A DNA stretch of 54,334 bases from Eubacteriales bacterium (GCA_051868045.1 JBJDZN010000078.1:1-54334), one strand, 5' to 3'. Shown: positions 25,801 to 34,245, numbered from the stretch's first letter. The notes: generated from the sequence alone by a model not told the origin. A program made the numbers and translations.

Positions 25801-25860
25801 ATCCCCCATAGTGCAGACACTTGAAACCATCTTTCAAGGTCGCACTATGGGGGATTTTAT
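25801..25860 (+). terminator. Intrinsic terminator closing the cytochrome c operon
   Basis: 14-bp perfect stem ATCCCCCATAGTGC / GCACTATGGGGGAT with an inner hairpin (CTTGAAA/TTTCAAG), followed by TTTAT. Confidence 0.8.
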
Positions 25861-25951
25861 GTATCGGGAAATCCTGTTTTTGCCGCCTATCGCAATTATT
25901 GCAGTTTTCAGATCGGGAAGTCCTTTTTTCCCTTCTTTTCTGCCAAAACTA

Positions 25952-25981
25952 TTGACAAAACATATGTTCGTATGATATAAT
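25952..25981 (+). promoter_or_regulatory. Sigma-A promoter for the helicase gene
   Basis: TTGACA (25952-25957), 18-nt spacer, TATAAT (25976-25981). Confidence 0.65.
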
Positions 25982-26016
25982 AAGATATAAAAAGGATGCA
26001 GAAGGGAAGTGAAAAT

Positions 26017-28140
26017 ATGAATTCGATCCTTTCGGGATTGAATCCCGATCAGATAGCGGCAGTTGAGGCAACCGAAGGCTATGTTCGGGTCGTAGCAGGG
26101 GCAGGAACAGGTAAAACCAAAGCATTGACCCACAGATATGCCTATCTGGTGCAGGAGCTTGGCGTTTCCACCTCCAATATTCTTTGCATGACCTTTACCA
26201 ATAAGGCGGCAAATGAGATGAAAAATCGGGTCCGCTCCATGCTTGGAGAAGGGGTGGACTGTACTCTGATTTCCACCATTCACAGCTTTTGCGCCCGGAT
26301 TCTTCGGGAAGACATCGAAAAGCTGTTCTACCCGTCTTCCTTTTTGATTCTGGATAATGCCGATCAGAAGCAGATTCTGGAGGAGGTCTACGAGGAACTG
26401 GGACTGAAGCTGGACACTGCTTCCTTCCAGACCATGCTGGACCGAATTGAGAGGTACAAAATCGACCTTACCTATGTGGACTGGCTGTCCGATCCCACCT
26501 TTGACATTCTGACCCTTCGTCCGGATGATACCAACGAGGCGATCATCATGCGCTATCTGGCAAAGCAGAAGAAAAATTTTGCCCTGGATTTTGCCGATCT
26601 GATCAAATTCGTCACCTATCTCTTCAATCACTTTCCCGATGTGGAGGAAAAGTGGCAAAAGAAGCTGTCCTACATACAGGTGGACGAGTATCAGGACGTG
26701 GACATCGAGCAGTATACCATGATCAACCGTCTGGCGGCGTATCATCATAATCTGTTTGTGGTGGGCGATCCCGATCAAAACATTTACGAGTGGCGGGGAG
26801 CCGGCATGCGCTTTCTTCTGAATTTTGATAAGGAAAATACCCCCTGCCGCACGATTTTTATGAATCAAAACTATCGCAGCACTCCCGAAATTCTGGCGGT
26901 CAGCAACTGCCTGATCGCAAAGAATCAGATTCGGATCAAAAAGGACCTGTTTACCGCTAATCCCGGGGGTCCCCTGCCGGAATATTACCACGGCGGCGAC
27001 GAAAAGGAGGAGATCGGAAGGATCGTTTCCTATATTGGGGAACGGCACGCCGAAGGCACTCCCTATCGAAAGATCGCCATTCTTTACCGTTCTTCCTATG
27101 TGTCCAGATTTATCGAGCAGGGACTGTTGGAGGCGGGAATCCCCTATACCGTCTACGGAGGGGTAGGATTCTATGAACGTGCCGAGATCAAGAGCGTCAT
27201 TGCCTATATGCGGATGGTTGCCTTCGGGGACGATCTGTCCTTCATACGGGTCGTCAATCTGCCCAGGCGCAAGATCGGAAAGCTCAAGACAGATGCCCTC
27301 AAAAGCTATGCGGCAGAGGGAAAATGCTCTCTGTATCAAGCGATGAAGCACCATCTGGACGATCCCATTTTCAAGGGAAGCGGCGCAAAGGCATTTGTGG
27401 AACTGATCGAGCGGATGCGGGAGCTTGCCGCTGATCTTTCAGTCAGCGAATTGCTCCAAAGACTCTTTCACGACAGTGGATATGAGGCGTATATCCGCAA
27501 ATGCGGCGACATGGACCGTCTGGACAATGTCAATGAACTGCTGAACAGTATCTATGCCTCTGAGGTGTCCTTCGGTGAGGACCTGACGCTTTCCACCTAT
27601 CTGGAAAGCGTGTCTTTGTTCCGGGAAAAGGAGGACGAAAAGTCGGAAGATCGCCTGCGGCTCATGACCGTTCATACCGCTAAGGGGCTGGAATTTGATC
27701 ATGTGGTGGTTGCAGGAATGTCCGACCGTATTTTCCCCTCACCCAGAGCCATTGAGGAACGCAAACGGGAGGCATTGGAAGAGGAGAGAAGGCTGGCATT
27801 TGTCGCCTTCACCCGGGCAAAAAAGTCGCTTCTTTTCACCGACAGCGAGGGAATCGGGGTCAAGGGCATCCTGAAACAGCCCTCAAGATTCCTGGTAAAC
27901 GATCTTGATCCAAAACTGATTAGCATTACCGGACGCCCCTTCCTGCCGCCCTCACCTTCAAAGGGGGATGGGACGGCACCTGTCCCTGTTCTGTTTGCGG
28001 CAGGAGATCGGGTGGTGCATCGGATTTTCGGTGTGGGAACCGTTCAATCTGTGGATGAGAAGGGCAGAAGCTATCTGATACGCTTTCCCGTAGGGGATCG
28101 CCCGATTTCTTTTGATTTCAAGGGATTGGTGAAGGTATGA
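26017..28140 (+). CDS. UvrD/PcrA/Rep-family ATP-dependent DNA helicase (SF1A)
   Basis: Motif I AGAGTGKTKALTHR, motif II IQVDEYQDV, motif IV QNYRSTPEIL, motif V/VI MTVHTAKGLEFDHVVV...LAFVAFTRAK. The C-terminal Tudor-like tail is GDRVVHRIFGVGTV. I preferred the ATG at 26017 (GAAGGGAAG upstream) to 25996. Confidence 0.9.
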   Translation: MNSILSGLNPDQIAAVEATEGYVRVVAGAGTGKTKALTHRYAYLVQELGVSTSNILCMTFTNKAANEMKNRVRSMLGEGVDCTLISTIHSFCARILREDIEKLFYPSSFLILDNADQKQILEEVYEELGLKLDTASFQTMLDRIERYKIDLTYVDWLSDPTFDILTLRPDDTNEAIIMRYLAKQKKNFALDFADLIKFVTYLFNHFPDVEEKWQKKLSYIQVDEYQDVDIEQYTMINRLAAYHHNLFVVGDPDQNIYEWRGAGMRFLLNFDKENTPCRTIFMNQNYRSTPEILAVSNCLIAKNQIRIKKDLFTANPGGPLPEYYHGGDEKEEIGRIVSYIGERHAEGTPYRKIAILYRSSYVSRFIEQGLLEAGIPYTVYGGVGFYERAEIKSVIAYMRMVAFGDDLSFIRVVNLPRRKIGKLKTDALKSYAAEGKCSLYQAMKHHLDDPIFKGSGAKAFVELIERMRELAADLSVSELLQRLFHDSGYEAYIRKCGDMDRLDNVNELLNSIYASEVSFGEDLTLSTYLESVSLFREKEDEKSEDRLRLMTVHTAKGLEFDHVVVAGMSDRIFPSPRAIEERKREALEEERRLAFVAFTRAKKSLLFTDSEGIGVKGILKQPSRFLVNDLDPKLISITGRPFLPPSPSKGDGTAPVPVLFAAGDRVVHRIFGVGTVQSVDEKGRSYLIRFPVGDRPISFDFKGLVKV

Positions 28141-28190
28141 GAAAAAAATCGGACAATCCTTGATGGCAGGCAAAATCTGACAGTTTTTTC

Positions 28191-28219
28191 TTGACATTCG
28201 GCTCCATTTACGGTAAAAT
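28191..28219 (+). promoter_or_regulatory. Sigma-A promoter for the GH25 gene
   Basis: TTGACA (28191-28196), 17-nt spacer, TAAAAT (28214-28219). The ORF-track start at 28191 is this -35 box, so it was rejected as a start codon. Confidence 0.7.
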
Positions 28220-28262
28220 AGGGGAAAATACCCCAAATTTTACCGAAGGGAATGGTCAGATT

Positions 28263-30398
28263 ATGAAGAAAAAGCTGCTACTCGTGTTTTTGATTGTGTT
28301 CATCCCCGTGATGGGTTTTACTTTTCATATTGTGGCAGAGTCTGCCGGACAGGCAACTGTCCAGGGAGGGGTGACCGTGCTTACACAATCGGAGGGCGGG
28401 CTTGAGGTTCGCAATGTCTACGCATCCGAGGTCACATATTCTTCCGCCACGCTGAATATCAGTTTCGGACGGATCAGCGTGTCCGATTGTACCCTGCTGC
28501 TGGGCACCTCCCCTGAAGCCATGGAGGAGGTTTCTACGCAAAACCTCGGAAAGGCGGCGTCCTCCCTGTCCATGACGGCATCCGACCTTGCCCCCCATAC
28601 CCGCTATTATTACGCCTTCCTGATCGGAACAGAGGAGGCGGTCATCCGTACTGACAGTTGGTCCTTTGTCACGCCCGACGACTATTATAACGGCTCACAG
28701 GGCGGTGCCAATGACGAAAATGCCGAATACGGCATTGACGTGTCCTTCTGGAAGGGTTCCATCGACTTTACCAAGCTGGCTGACCAGAATATCGACTTCG
28801 TGATTCTGCGTGCCGGGTCAACCAAGGGGAAAGATACCTATTTTGAGGAGCATTATGAGCAGGCAAAAGCGGCGGGACTGAAGGTCGGCGTGTATTACTA
28901 CTCCTATGCCATGAATATGGAGGAGATCGCTCAAGATGCCGACTGGTTTCTGGAGTACATTGCCGGGAAAACCTTTGATCTTCCCGTCTATCTGGACATT
29001 GAAAACATCAGTCAGGAAGAAAATCTCAGCCGTCCCCTTCTTACGGAAATGGCGATCGAATTCTGTGAACGGATTGCCGATGCGGGCTACTATCCCGGAA
29101 TCTATGCCAATCGGAACTGGTTTACCAACTACCTGAATTTTGACACTCTTTCTCCTGTCTATGAGCTGTGGATTGCCTCATGGACCAAGAGCGGAGAGCC
29201 CGACGGCGATTACAGTGAAAACTACGGAATGTGGCAGTATTCCAGCAGTGGAAAGCTCGATGGGGTCAATGGGGCAGTCGATATGAACGTCTGCTATAAG
29301 GATTATACCAGCCTGATCCGTCAGGAAGAACGGTCAACCTACGGTTTCTACGACTACGACGGAAGTTTGCTGATCACGGCTGAATATTATCCCGGCAATC
29401 GGATCTATGCACCCGACCTGACGCCCGCCCGCCCCTGCGACGACGAATATGAGTACACCTTCAGCGGATGGATCGGACTTGATGAAAATACGGTTGCCGA
29501 CAGTGCCGGTGGAAGTTTTACGGCAAGGTATACCCCAAACGAGCATGCTTGGGGCGATTGGCAGGAGATTTCTCCCTTTGAGCGGGTCAAGGTCTGCGAG
29601 AACTGCGGACGCACCCTGTCCGAACTCATAGACGATCCCACCTGCGGTCAGGGGCTTACTTGGTCGATTGACGGAGAGACTTTGACCGTGATCGGTAACG
29701 GGGCAATACTGTCCGGCGAGTCGGCAATCCGTTTTCCGTGGGCAAGTCGGGCGACCGAAATCACAAAACTGGTGATCTCGGAGGGAGTCACCGTTATCGG
29801 AGATCATGCCTTTGACGGATTCACGGCTCTGACCGAGGTTCAACTGCCTTACACGCTGACTACCATCGGAGAGTATGCCTTCTGCGGCGATGTCGGACTG
29901 ACCGAGATCGCAATCCCTGCACAGGTCCGGACGATTTCAGAATATGCTTTTGAAGGCTGTACGGCACTTTCAACGGTCAAGGGATACGAAAACAGTGCGG
30001 CTCAGACGATGGCAGAATCTGCCGGTGTTTCGTTCGTCACGCTGTCGCCGTGGCTTCAGAAGAGCGGTCGATTTGGAAACGGGGTCAGTTGGTACCTTTA
30101 CAGCGACGGAAGTCTCCTGTTTGCCGGCATCGGAGCCATTCTGCCCGACGGCGGCTATCAGGCATACAGCCAACAGATTCTTTCTGTCAAAGTTGGTGCG
30201 GCGATCACCGAAATTCCAGAGGGTGCCTTTCTGGACTTCACATCTTTGGAGTCGGTGGAATTTCTGGGTAAGAACCCCGTCAAAGTGGGAGACTCCGCTT
30301 TTGTCGGATGCACCCGTCTGTTCACGATAAACCTTCCGAGAGGGTCGGAGTTTGCCGAAAACGCCTTTGACGGCACCCCGATTGTGTCGGACTTCTGA
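28263..30398 (+). CDS. Secreted GH25 muramidase (lysozyme) fused to BspA-type leucine-rich repeats
   Basis: Signal/TM segment MKKKLLLVFLIVFIPVMGF. An N-terminal Fn3-like segment is present (SATLNISF...TRYYYAF). GH25 core: GIDVSFWKGSIDF, DFVILRAG, GVYYYSYA, VYLDIE, MWQYSS. C-terminal repeats of the type I.EGVT.IGD.AF.G...L..V.LP are present (e.g. VISEGVTVIGDHAFDGFTALTEVQLPYTLTTIGEYAFCGD). Confidence 0.85.
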   Translation: MKKKLLLVFLIVFIPVMGFTFHIVAESAGQATVQGGVTVLTQSEGGLEVRNVYASEVTYSSATLNISFGRISVSDCTLLLGTSPEAMEEVSTQNLGKAASSLSMTASDLAPHTRYYYAFLIGTEEAVIRTDSWSFVTPDDYYNGSQGGANDENAEYGIDVSFWKGSIDFTKLADQNIDFVILRAGSTKGKDTYFEEHYEQAKAAGLKVGVYYYSYAMNMEEIAQDADWFLEYIAGKTFDLPVYLDIENISQEENLSRPLLTEMAIEFCERIADAGYYPGIYANRNWFTNYLNFDTLSPVYELWIASWTKSGEPDGDYSENYGMWQYSSSGKLDGVNGAVDMNVCYKDYTSLIRQEERSTYGFYDYDGSLLITAEYYPGNRIYAPDLTPARPCDDEYEYTFSGWIGLDENTVADSAGGSFTARYTPNEHAWGDWQEISPFERVKVCENCGRTLSELIDDPTCGQGLTWSIDGETLTVIGNGAILSGESAIRFPWASRATEITKLVISEGVTVIGDHAFDGFTALTEVQLPYTLTTIGEYAFCGDVGLTEIAIPAQVRTISEYAFEGCTALSTVKGYENSAAQTMAESAGVSFVTLSPWLQKSGRFGNGVSWYLYSDGSLLFAGIGAILPDGGYQAYSQQILSVKVGAAITEIPEGAFLDFTSLESVEFLGKNPVKVGDSAFVGCTRLFTINLPRGSEFAENAFDGTPIVSDF

Positions 30399-30474
30399 GT
30401 CACACTAATCGGGATTGGTCAGGCAAACAAACCCGCCAATTAAAGACAAGCGGCTGTAAAAAATCCCGCATGAA

Positions 30475-30513
30475 AAGAACGCTGAGGAGCAAAAGCTCAT
30501 CGGCGTTCTTTTC
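30475..30513 (+). terminator. Probable terminator after the GH25 gene
   Basis: AAGAACGC...GCGTTCTT stem with inner GAGC-AAAA-GCTC, followed by TTTC (short U-tract). Confidence 0.5.
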
Positions 30514-30546
30514 AAAAAATCGGCTGCCCTCTTCAGAAAGCAGCCG
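30512..30546 (-). terminator. Intrinsic terminator downstream of cls
   Basis: On the minus strand: CGGCTGC-TTTCTGAAGAGG-GCAGCCG followed by ATTTTTTG. Confidence 0.65.
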
Positions 30547-30653
30547 AAAGGATTTTGTCGGGTTCTTTCTCAAACAACGGTTCCGGAGGGTATATCCGAG
30601 GATTTTTTTCGACTATTGCAACCTCATTTAGCAGTCTGCAAGGAAAAACTCTT

Positions 30654-32219
30654 TTACAGCATGGGTGCAAAAATTCGAACCACCGCACGGATAAATCTTT
30701 GAATCAGATTGGTTTTCATCATATTCGGCGTTATCTCGATACTCTTTTCAAAGGTAGCCTCAATGTCTTTTTTCAGAGCACCGATGGCTTCACACCGATA
30801 CATCCATACACCGTTTTCAAAGTGATGAACAAGACTGCGGTAGTCCAGATTGATGGTGCCGATCATGGCATATTCATCATCGGCAAGATAAGATTTTGCA
30901 TGGATAAAACCGGGTTCGTACTCGTAGATATGTACGCCCGCATCCATAAGCCGTTTGTAAAAGCTCCGTGTCATACCGAACACCAGCTTTTTGTCCGGAA
31001 TATGGGGAACAATAATTCGGACATCTACTCCGCGAAGGGAGGCATTTTCAATGCTCAGACACAAATCGTTGTCGATGATGAGGTAGGGCGTGGTCATATA
31101 TACATAACGTGTGGCACTGTTCAGCATATTCTGAATGACACTTTTTCCAACTCTGCGCTTGTAAAGCGGATGAGGACCGTCGCCGAAGGGAATTATGTAG
31201 CCCTTCTCTTTGATTTCGCTCTGTGCTGGGAACAGCTCTGCCTTTATTTCGGGCATCTTTTTAACATTGATGCCAAAGTCAATCAGGAACAGTTTTGTCA
31301 GTTCCCAAACCGCTTCACCTTCAAGCCTTATCCCTGTATCCTTCCAATGACCGTGCTTTTCAAATTCATTGATGTATTCATCAGCGAGATTGATGCCGCC
31401 GGTGTACCCAACCTTGCCGTCGATTACAGTAATTTTACGGTGACTGCGGTTGTTAAATTCGCTGTCGGCATTTCCTTTCAGTCTTGAAAAAGGAGTCGCT
31501 TCAATGCCGTAGGATTTGAGTGTTTTACAGTAGTCCCCGGGTAAAGTCATCATACAGCCGATATCATCATAGACGATCTTCACATCGACGCCGGCCGCCG
31601 CTTTTTCCTTGAGAATATCCAGTATCGAGTTCCAGAACTTGCCTTCTTCGATGATGAAGTATTCCATATAAATGAACTTTTCCGCCTTAGAAAGATCGGC
31701 GTGGAGCTGTGGGTGCATATCTTCGCCCAACGGGAAATAGGTCTGCTTTGTATCAGTAAAAAGATGCGCTTCCGCAATGCTACATAGCATTTTTGCCTGA
31801 GATGCGGCAACCGGGTTGTCCTCATGCAGTTTATCAAGCAATTCGCTGTCATCCTTGCGGTATGCGTTGTCTTTCAAGACCTTCAGACGTTTGACATACT
31901 TGTGTTTGAGTTTACGGGAATAGAATATGAAATAAAGCATAAATCCTGCAATCGGTAAAATCATCACAAACAAAAGCCACGGAACCTTATAATCGGGATT
32001 ATCGTCCGAGGCAATGATGTTGATAACGCATGCGATTTCTGTTATCCAGCACAGGACATAAAAATACGGCACATAACAGCAGAGTGCCACGACAATTCCG
32101 ATAATTGCCGCCACTTCAAGCACAGTAATCAGGATAGCGAGGATATACCTGAACGGAATGTAGTTATATTCCCGCTCCACTTCTTTTTCATTTACATGAT
32201 ACCGTAATATTCGTTTCAT
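30654..32219 (-). CDS. cls: Cardiolipin synthase (phospholipase D superfamily)
   Basis: 521 aa. N-terminal TMs are followed by two HKD motifs: HRKITVIDGKVGYTGGINLADEY and IHAKSYLADDEYAMIGTINLDYRS. RBS GGGGGGAAG. The gene is visibly AT-richer than its surroundings. Confidence 0.92.
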   Translation of the reverse strand: MKRILRYHVNEKEVEREYNYIPFRYILAILITVLEVAAIIGIVVALCCYVPYFYVLCWITEIACVINIIASDDNPDYKVPWLLFVMILPIAGFMLYFIFYSRKLKHKYVKRLKVLKDNAYRKDDSELLDKLHEDNPVAASQAKMLCSIAEAHLFTDTKQTYFPLGEDMHPQLHADLSKAEKFIYMEYFIIEEGKFWNSILDILKEKAAAGVDVKIVYDDIGCMMTLPGDYCKTLKSYGIEATPFSRLKGNADSEFNNRSHRKITVIDGKVGYTGGINLADEYINEFEKHGHWKDTGIRLEGEAVWELTKLFLIDFGINVKKMPEIKAELFPAQSEIKEKGYIIPFGDGPHPLYKRRVGKSVIQNMLNSATRYVYMTTPYLIIDNDLCLSIENASLRGVDVRIIVPHIPDKKLVFGMTRSFYKRLMDAGVHIYEYEPGFIHAKSYLADDEYAMIGTINLDYRSLVHHFENGVWMYRCEAIGALKKDIEATFEKSIEITPNMMKTNLIQRFIRAVVRIFAPML

Positions 32220-32240
32220 AATTCTTCCCCCCTGAAATGG

Positions 32241-32272
32241 CGAAAAAGCGAGACGGCATTCGTCGCCTCGCT
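32241..32272 (-). terminator. Hairpin plus U-tract between the repeat-protein gene and cls
   Basis: On the minus strand: AGCGAGGCGACGAATGCCGTCTCGCT followed by TTTTTCGCC. The stem is imperfect. Confidence 0.5.
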
Positions 32273-32284
32273 TCTCGGCTTTTC

Positions 32285-32782
32285 TTATTCTTCTTCCGTG
32301 ATTGAAACGGTATATTTTCCGTCAAGACCTTTGGTTTTCAGAAAGGCATTGAATTCATTTGTAAGAGATTCAGCAGTATAGACTTCAGGAGTTGCTTTTA
32401 TGTGAGGAGTTCCGATGGCATTTGTATGGGCAACAGCTTCCTGCGTCTGTGCGTTAATTTTCGCAATTTGTGCGGCGGTATCGTGAGAAGCAGCCTTTGC
32501 GCCGTTTTTTATGTTCTCAACAACAAGATTATACTTTGCCTTAACGCCCTTTGTATGGAGGAATTCCACGAACTCCTTATTGTCTTCCGCAGACTTCGCC
32601 TTTACTGCTTCAAAGTTTGCTTTGTCTGCTTCGTGTTGCTGATGTGCAGACTGTCCCATCTTTTCAAAAGCAACTCTGAATTTTGCGCCGATACCTTTGG
32701 TGTGCAGAAATTCGCCAAACTGCTCATTCAGCTCCAGCATCTCCTGTTCAACTTCCTGCCCCGTTTTCGTTCTGTTTTCCAT
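32285..32782 (-). CDS. Small hydrophilic protein made of three internal repeats; function unknown
   Basis: 165 aa with RBS AAGGAG 8 nt upstream. The three repeats are EQFGEFLHTKGIGAKFRVAFEKM, KEFVEFLHTKGVKAKYNLVVENI and NEFNAFLKTKGLDGKYTVSITEE. No signal peptide or TM. Confidence 0.75.
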   Translation of the reverse strand: MENRTKTGQEVEQEMLELNEQFGEFLHTKGIGAKFRVAFEKMGQSAHQQHEADKANFEAVKAKSAEDNKEFVEFLHTKGVKAKYNLVVENIKNGAKAASHDTAAQIAKINAQTQEAVAHTNAIGTPHIKATPEVYTAESLTNEFNAFLKTKGLDGKYTVSITEEE

Positions 32783-33070
32783 TTGAATCAGTCTCCTTCA
32801 ATAAATTTAAATTGTTATACATGGCTTTTTCTTTTTGCTCTGTGTGCTTATATTACGATATGGTTGTTTTTAGAAGGTTTGTAAGATGTTTGAAAAATAT
32901 TAAATTCAAAAAATGGGGCAGTAAAAAATGCCGACAGGGAAGAACTGAGAAGTGATATAACCCCATAGAGTGCAGCCTCGTTTTTTGCTTTTTTGAGTGT
33001 CTACTCGATGGGAACTATATTATTCTGTACCCAAAATACAGTGATTTTTCGGATTTTCTTGCTTATTCAA

Positions 33071-33122
33071 CGAAAAGCAGAGACTTCGACTGACCATCGT
33101 TATCTCTGCTTTTCGTTTGTAA
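33071..33122. terminator. Bidirectional terminator-like palindrome downstream of the 33174-33908 gene
   Basis: CGAAAAGCAGAGA...TCTCTGCTTTTCG. The GCAGAGA/TCTCTGC stem is followed by a T-rich run on both strands. Confidence 0.6.
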
Positions 33123-33173
33123 CTTTTTTGCGTGCCTTTGCTCTTGTCTTGGTTATGGCTCCGGATCGTAGCT

Positions 33174-33908
33174 TCAGTCGATGAACAGACCGCCGCCGAA
33201 GTCGGAAAGCTCCTTTTCGGGTAATAGGTTGACCGCCGTATAGCCCTGCTTTCGGATAAAGGCATCCATTGCCGCCCCGTCGGGATGGCGGGACAGATCG
33301 CCGAAAAAACAGATTTGCCGACCGATCCCGAAGGATGCACCGCCGATGAAGCCGTAGTCATAGCCCTCCAGATGGATGTGCCCGGGACGGATGGTCAGAA
33401 CCTCCATTCCCATGGAGATCAAAGCCTGCTTTATGGAGGGATCAGCCGTAATGGCGGCGGATTTGCCTACCCGGCAGACCGAGCATCGGGCATAGCCCTG
33501 CCGAACCTTTATAAAGATCCGCCCTTCCGTCAGTTTGGGATGGACAAGATCGGTTCTGCCTATGAGCCGGTCGCCCACGGCAAGATAGTTCAGCTTGATG
33601 TCGTGGGGATAGACAGGCAGAATCGGGTCGGGAATGGTGTCGATCAAAAAGGGAAGGGAGTCGAACAGCGTCCGGTTGCTCTGATAATAGCCCTCATAGA
33701 GGATCAGCTGACGCCCACCCTTTACCGGGAAAATCAGCATATCGGGGTGATCGGAGACGGGAGCGGGCAGACGGTCGAAGGAGGGAAGGGGAACGAGCGT
33801 AATTTCTGCCAATTCTTTGGCATTCCCAATCGAAGTCGCTGCCCGCTTAGATAAAAACAAATAAGGACGGACAAACTGTCCGTCCTTCCATGTCCGGAAA
33901 ACGACCAT
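33174..33908 (-). CDS. Conserved hypothetical protein; the possible amidinotransferase-like fold is my guess only
   Basis: 244 aa. The ATG overlaps the rpmB stop (TAATG at 33906-33910). Protein-like composition with motifs SDHPDMLIFP, YGFIGGASF and LSDFGGGLF. No firm family call. Confidence 0.7.
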   Translation of the reverse strand: MVVFRTWKDGQFVRPYLFLSKRAATSIGNAKELAEITLVPLPSFDRLPAPVSDHPDMLIFPVKGGRQLILYEGYYQSNRTLFDSLPFLIDTIPDPILPVYPHDIKLNYLAVGDRLIGRTDLVHPKLTEGRIFIKVRQGYARCSVCRVGKSAAITADPSIKQALISMGMEVLTIRPGHIHLEGYDYGFIGGASFGIGRQICFFGDLSRHPDGAAMDAFIRKQGYTAVNLLPEKELSDFGGGLFID

Positions 33909-34192
33909 TATGCGTTTTCAGCTACTACCTCGGTAGTCTCAGTCTCAACAACCGGCTCAAGAACGATCTCGTCAACAGTAGCAGGTGCCGGAACCTTAAT
34001 CGTGCGCTGAACACGATCCAGCTTACCGGAACGCAGGCAACGGGAGCATACATATACGGTCTTGTGAGTTCCGTTTATGTCAGCCTTAACCTTTCTGATG
34101 TTGGGCTTCCATGTTCTGTTGGTCTTGCGGTTGGAGTGAGAAACCTTCAAACCGAATACAACGCCTTTTCCGCAGAGTTCACATTTAGCCAT
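33908..34192 (-). CDS. rpmB: 50S ribosomal protein L28 with a ~30-aa acidic C-terminal extension
   Basis: MAKCELCGKGVVFGLKVSHSNRKTNRTWKPNIRKVK...VYVCSRCLRSGK is the L28 core. RBS GGAGGTG. The extra tail is QRTIKVPAPATVDEIVLEPVVETETTEVVAENA. Confidence 0.92.
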   Translation of the reverse strand: MAKCELCGKGVVFGLKVSHSNRKTNRTWKPNIRKVKADINGTHKTVYVCSRCLRSGKLDRVQRTIKVPAPATVDEIVLEPVVETETTEVVAENA

Positions 34193-34245
34193 TACTCTAC
34201 ACCTCCAATTTCTTCACGAACTTATTTCTAAGATCAACAATCGGT

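Noticed and set aside
25803-25816. CCCCCATAGTGCAG, which recurs as CCCCATAGAGTGCAG at 32961-32975 (possible dispersed repeat)
   Set aside because: Only about 14 nt are shared, with an indel. At 25.8 kb the motif is one arm of a terminator hairpin, but the 33.0 kb copy has no complementary arm. Two copies are too few to call a repeat family.
25834-27354. 506-aa ORF on the minus strand
   Set aside because: It lies antisense to the UvrD/PcrA-family helicase, whose motifs I-VI are intact on the plus strand. It has no RBS and no motifs.
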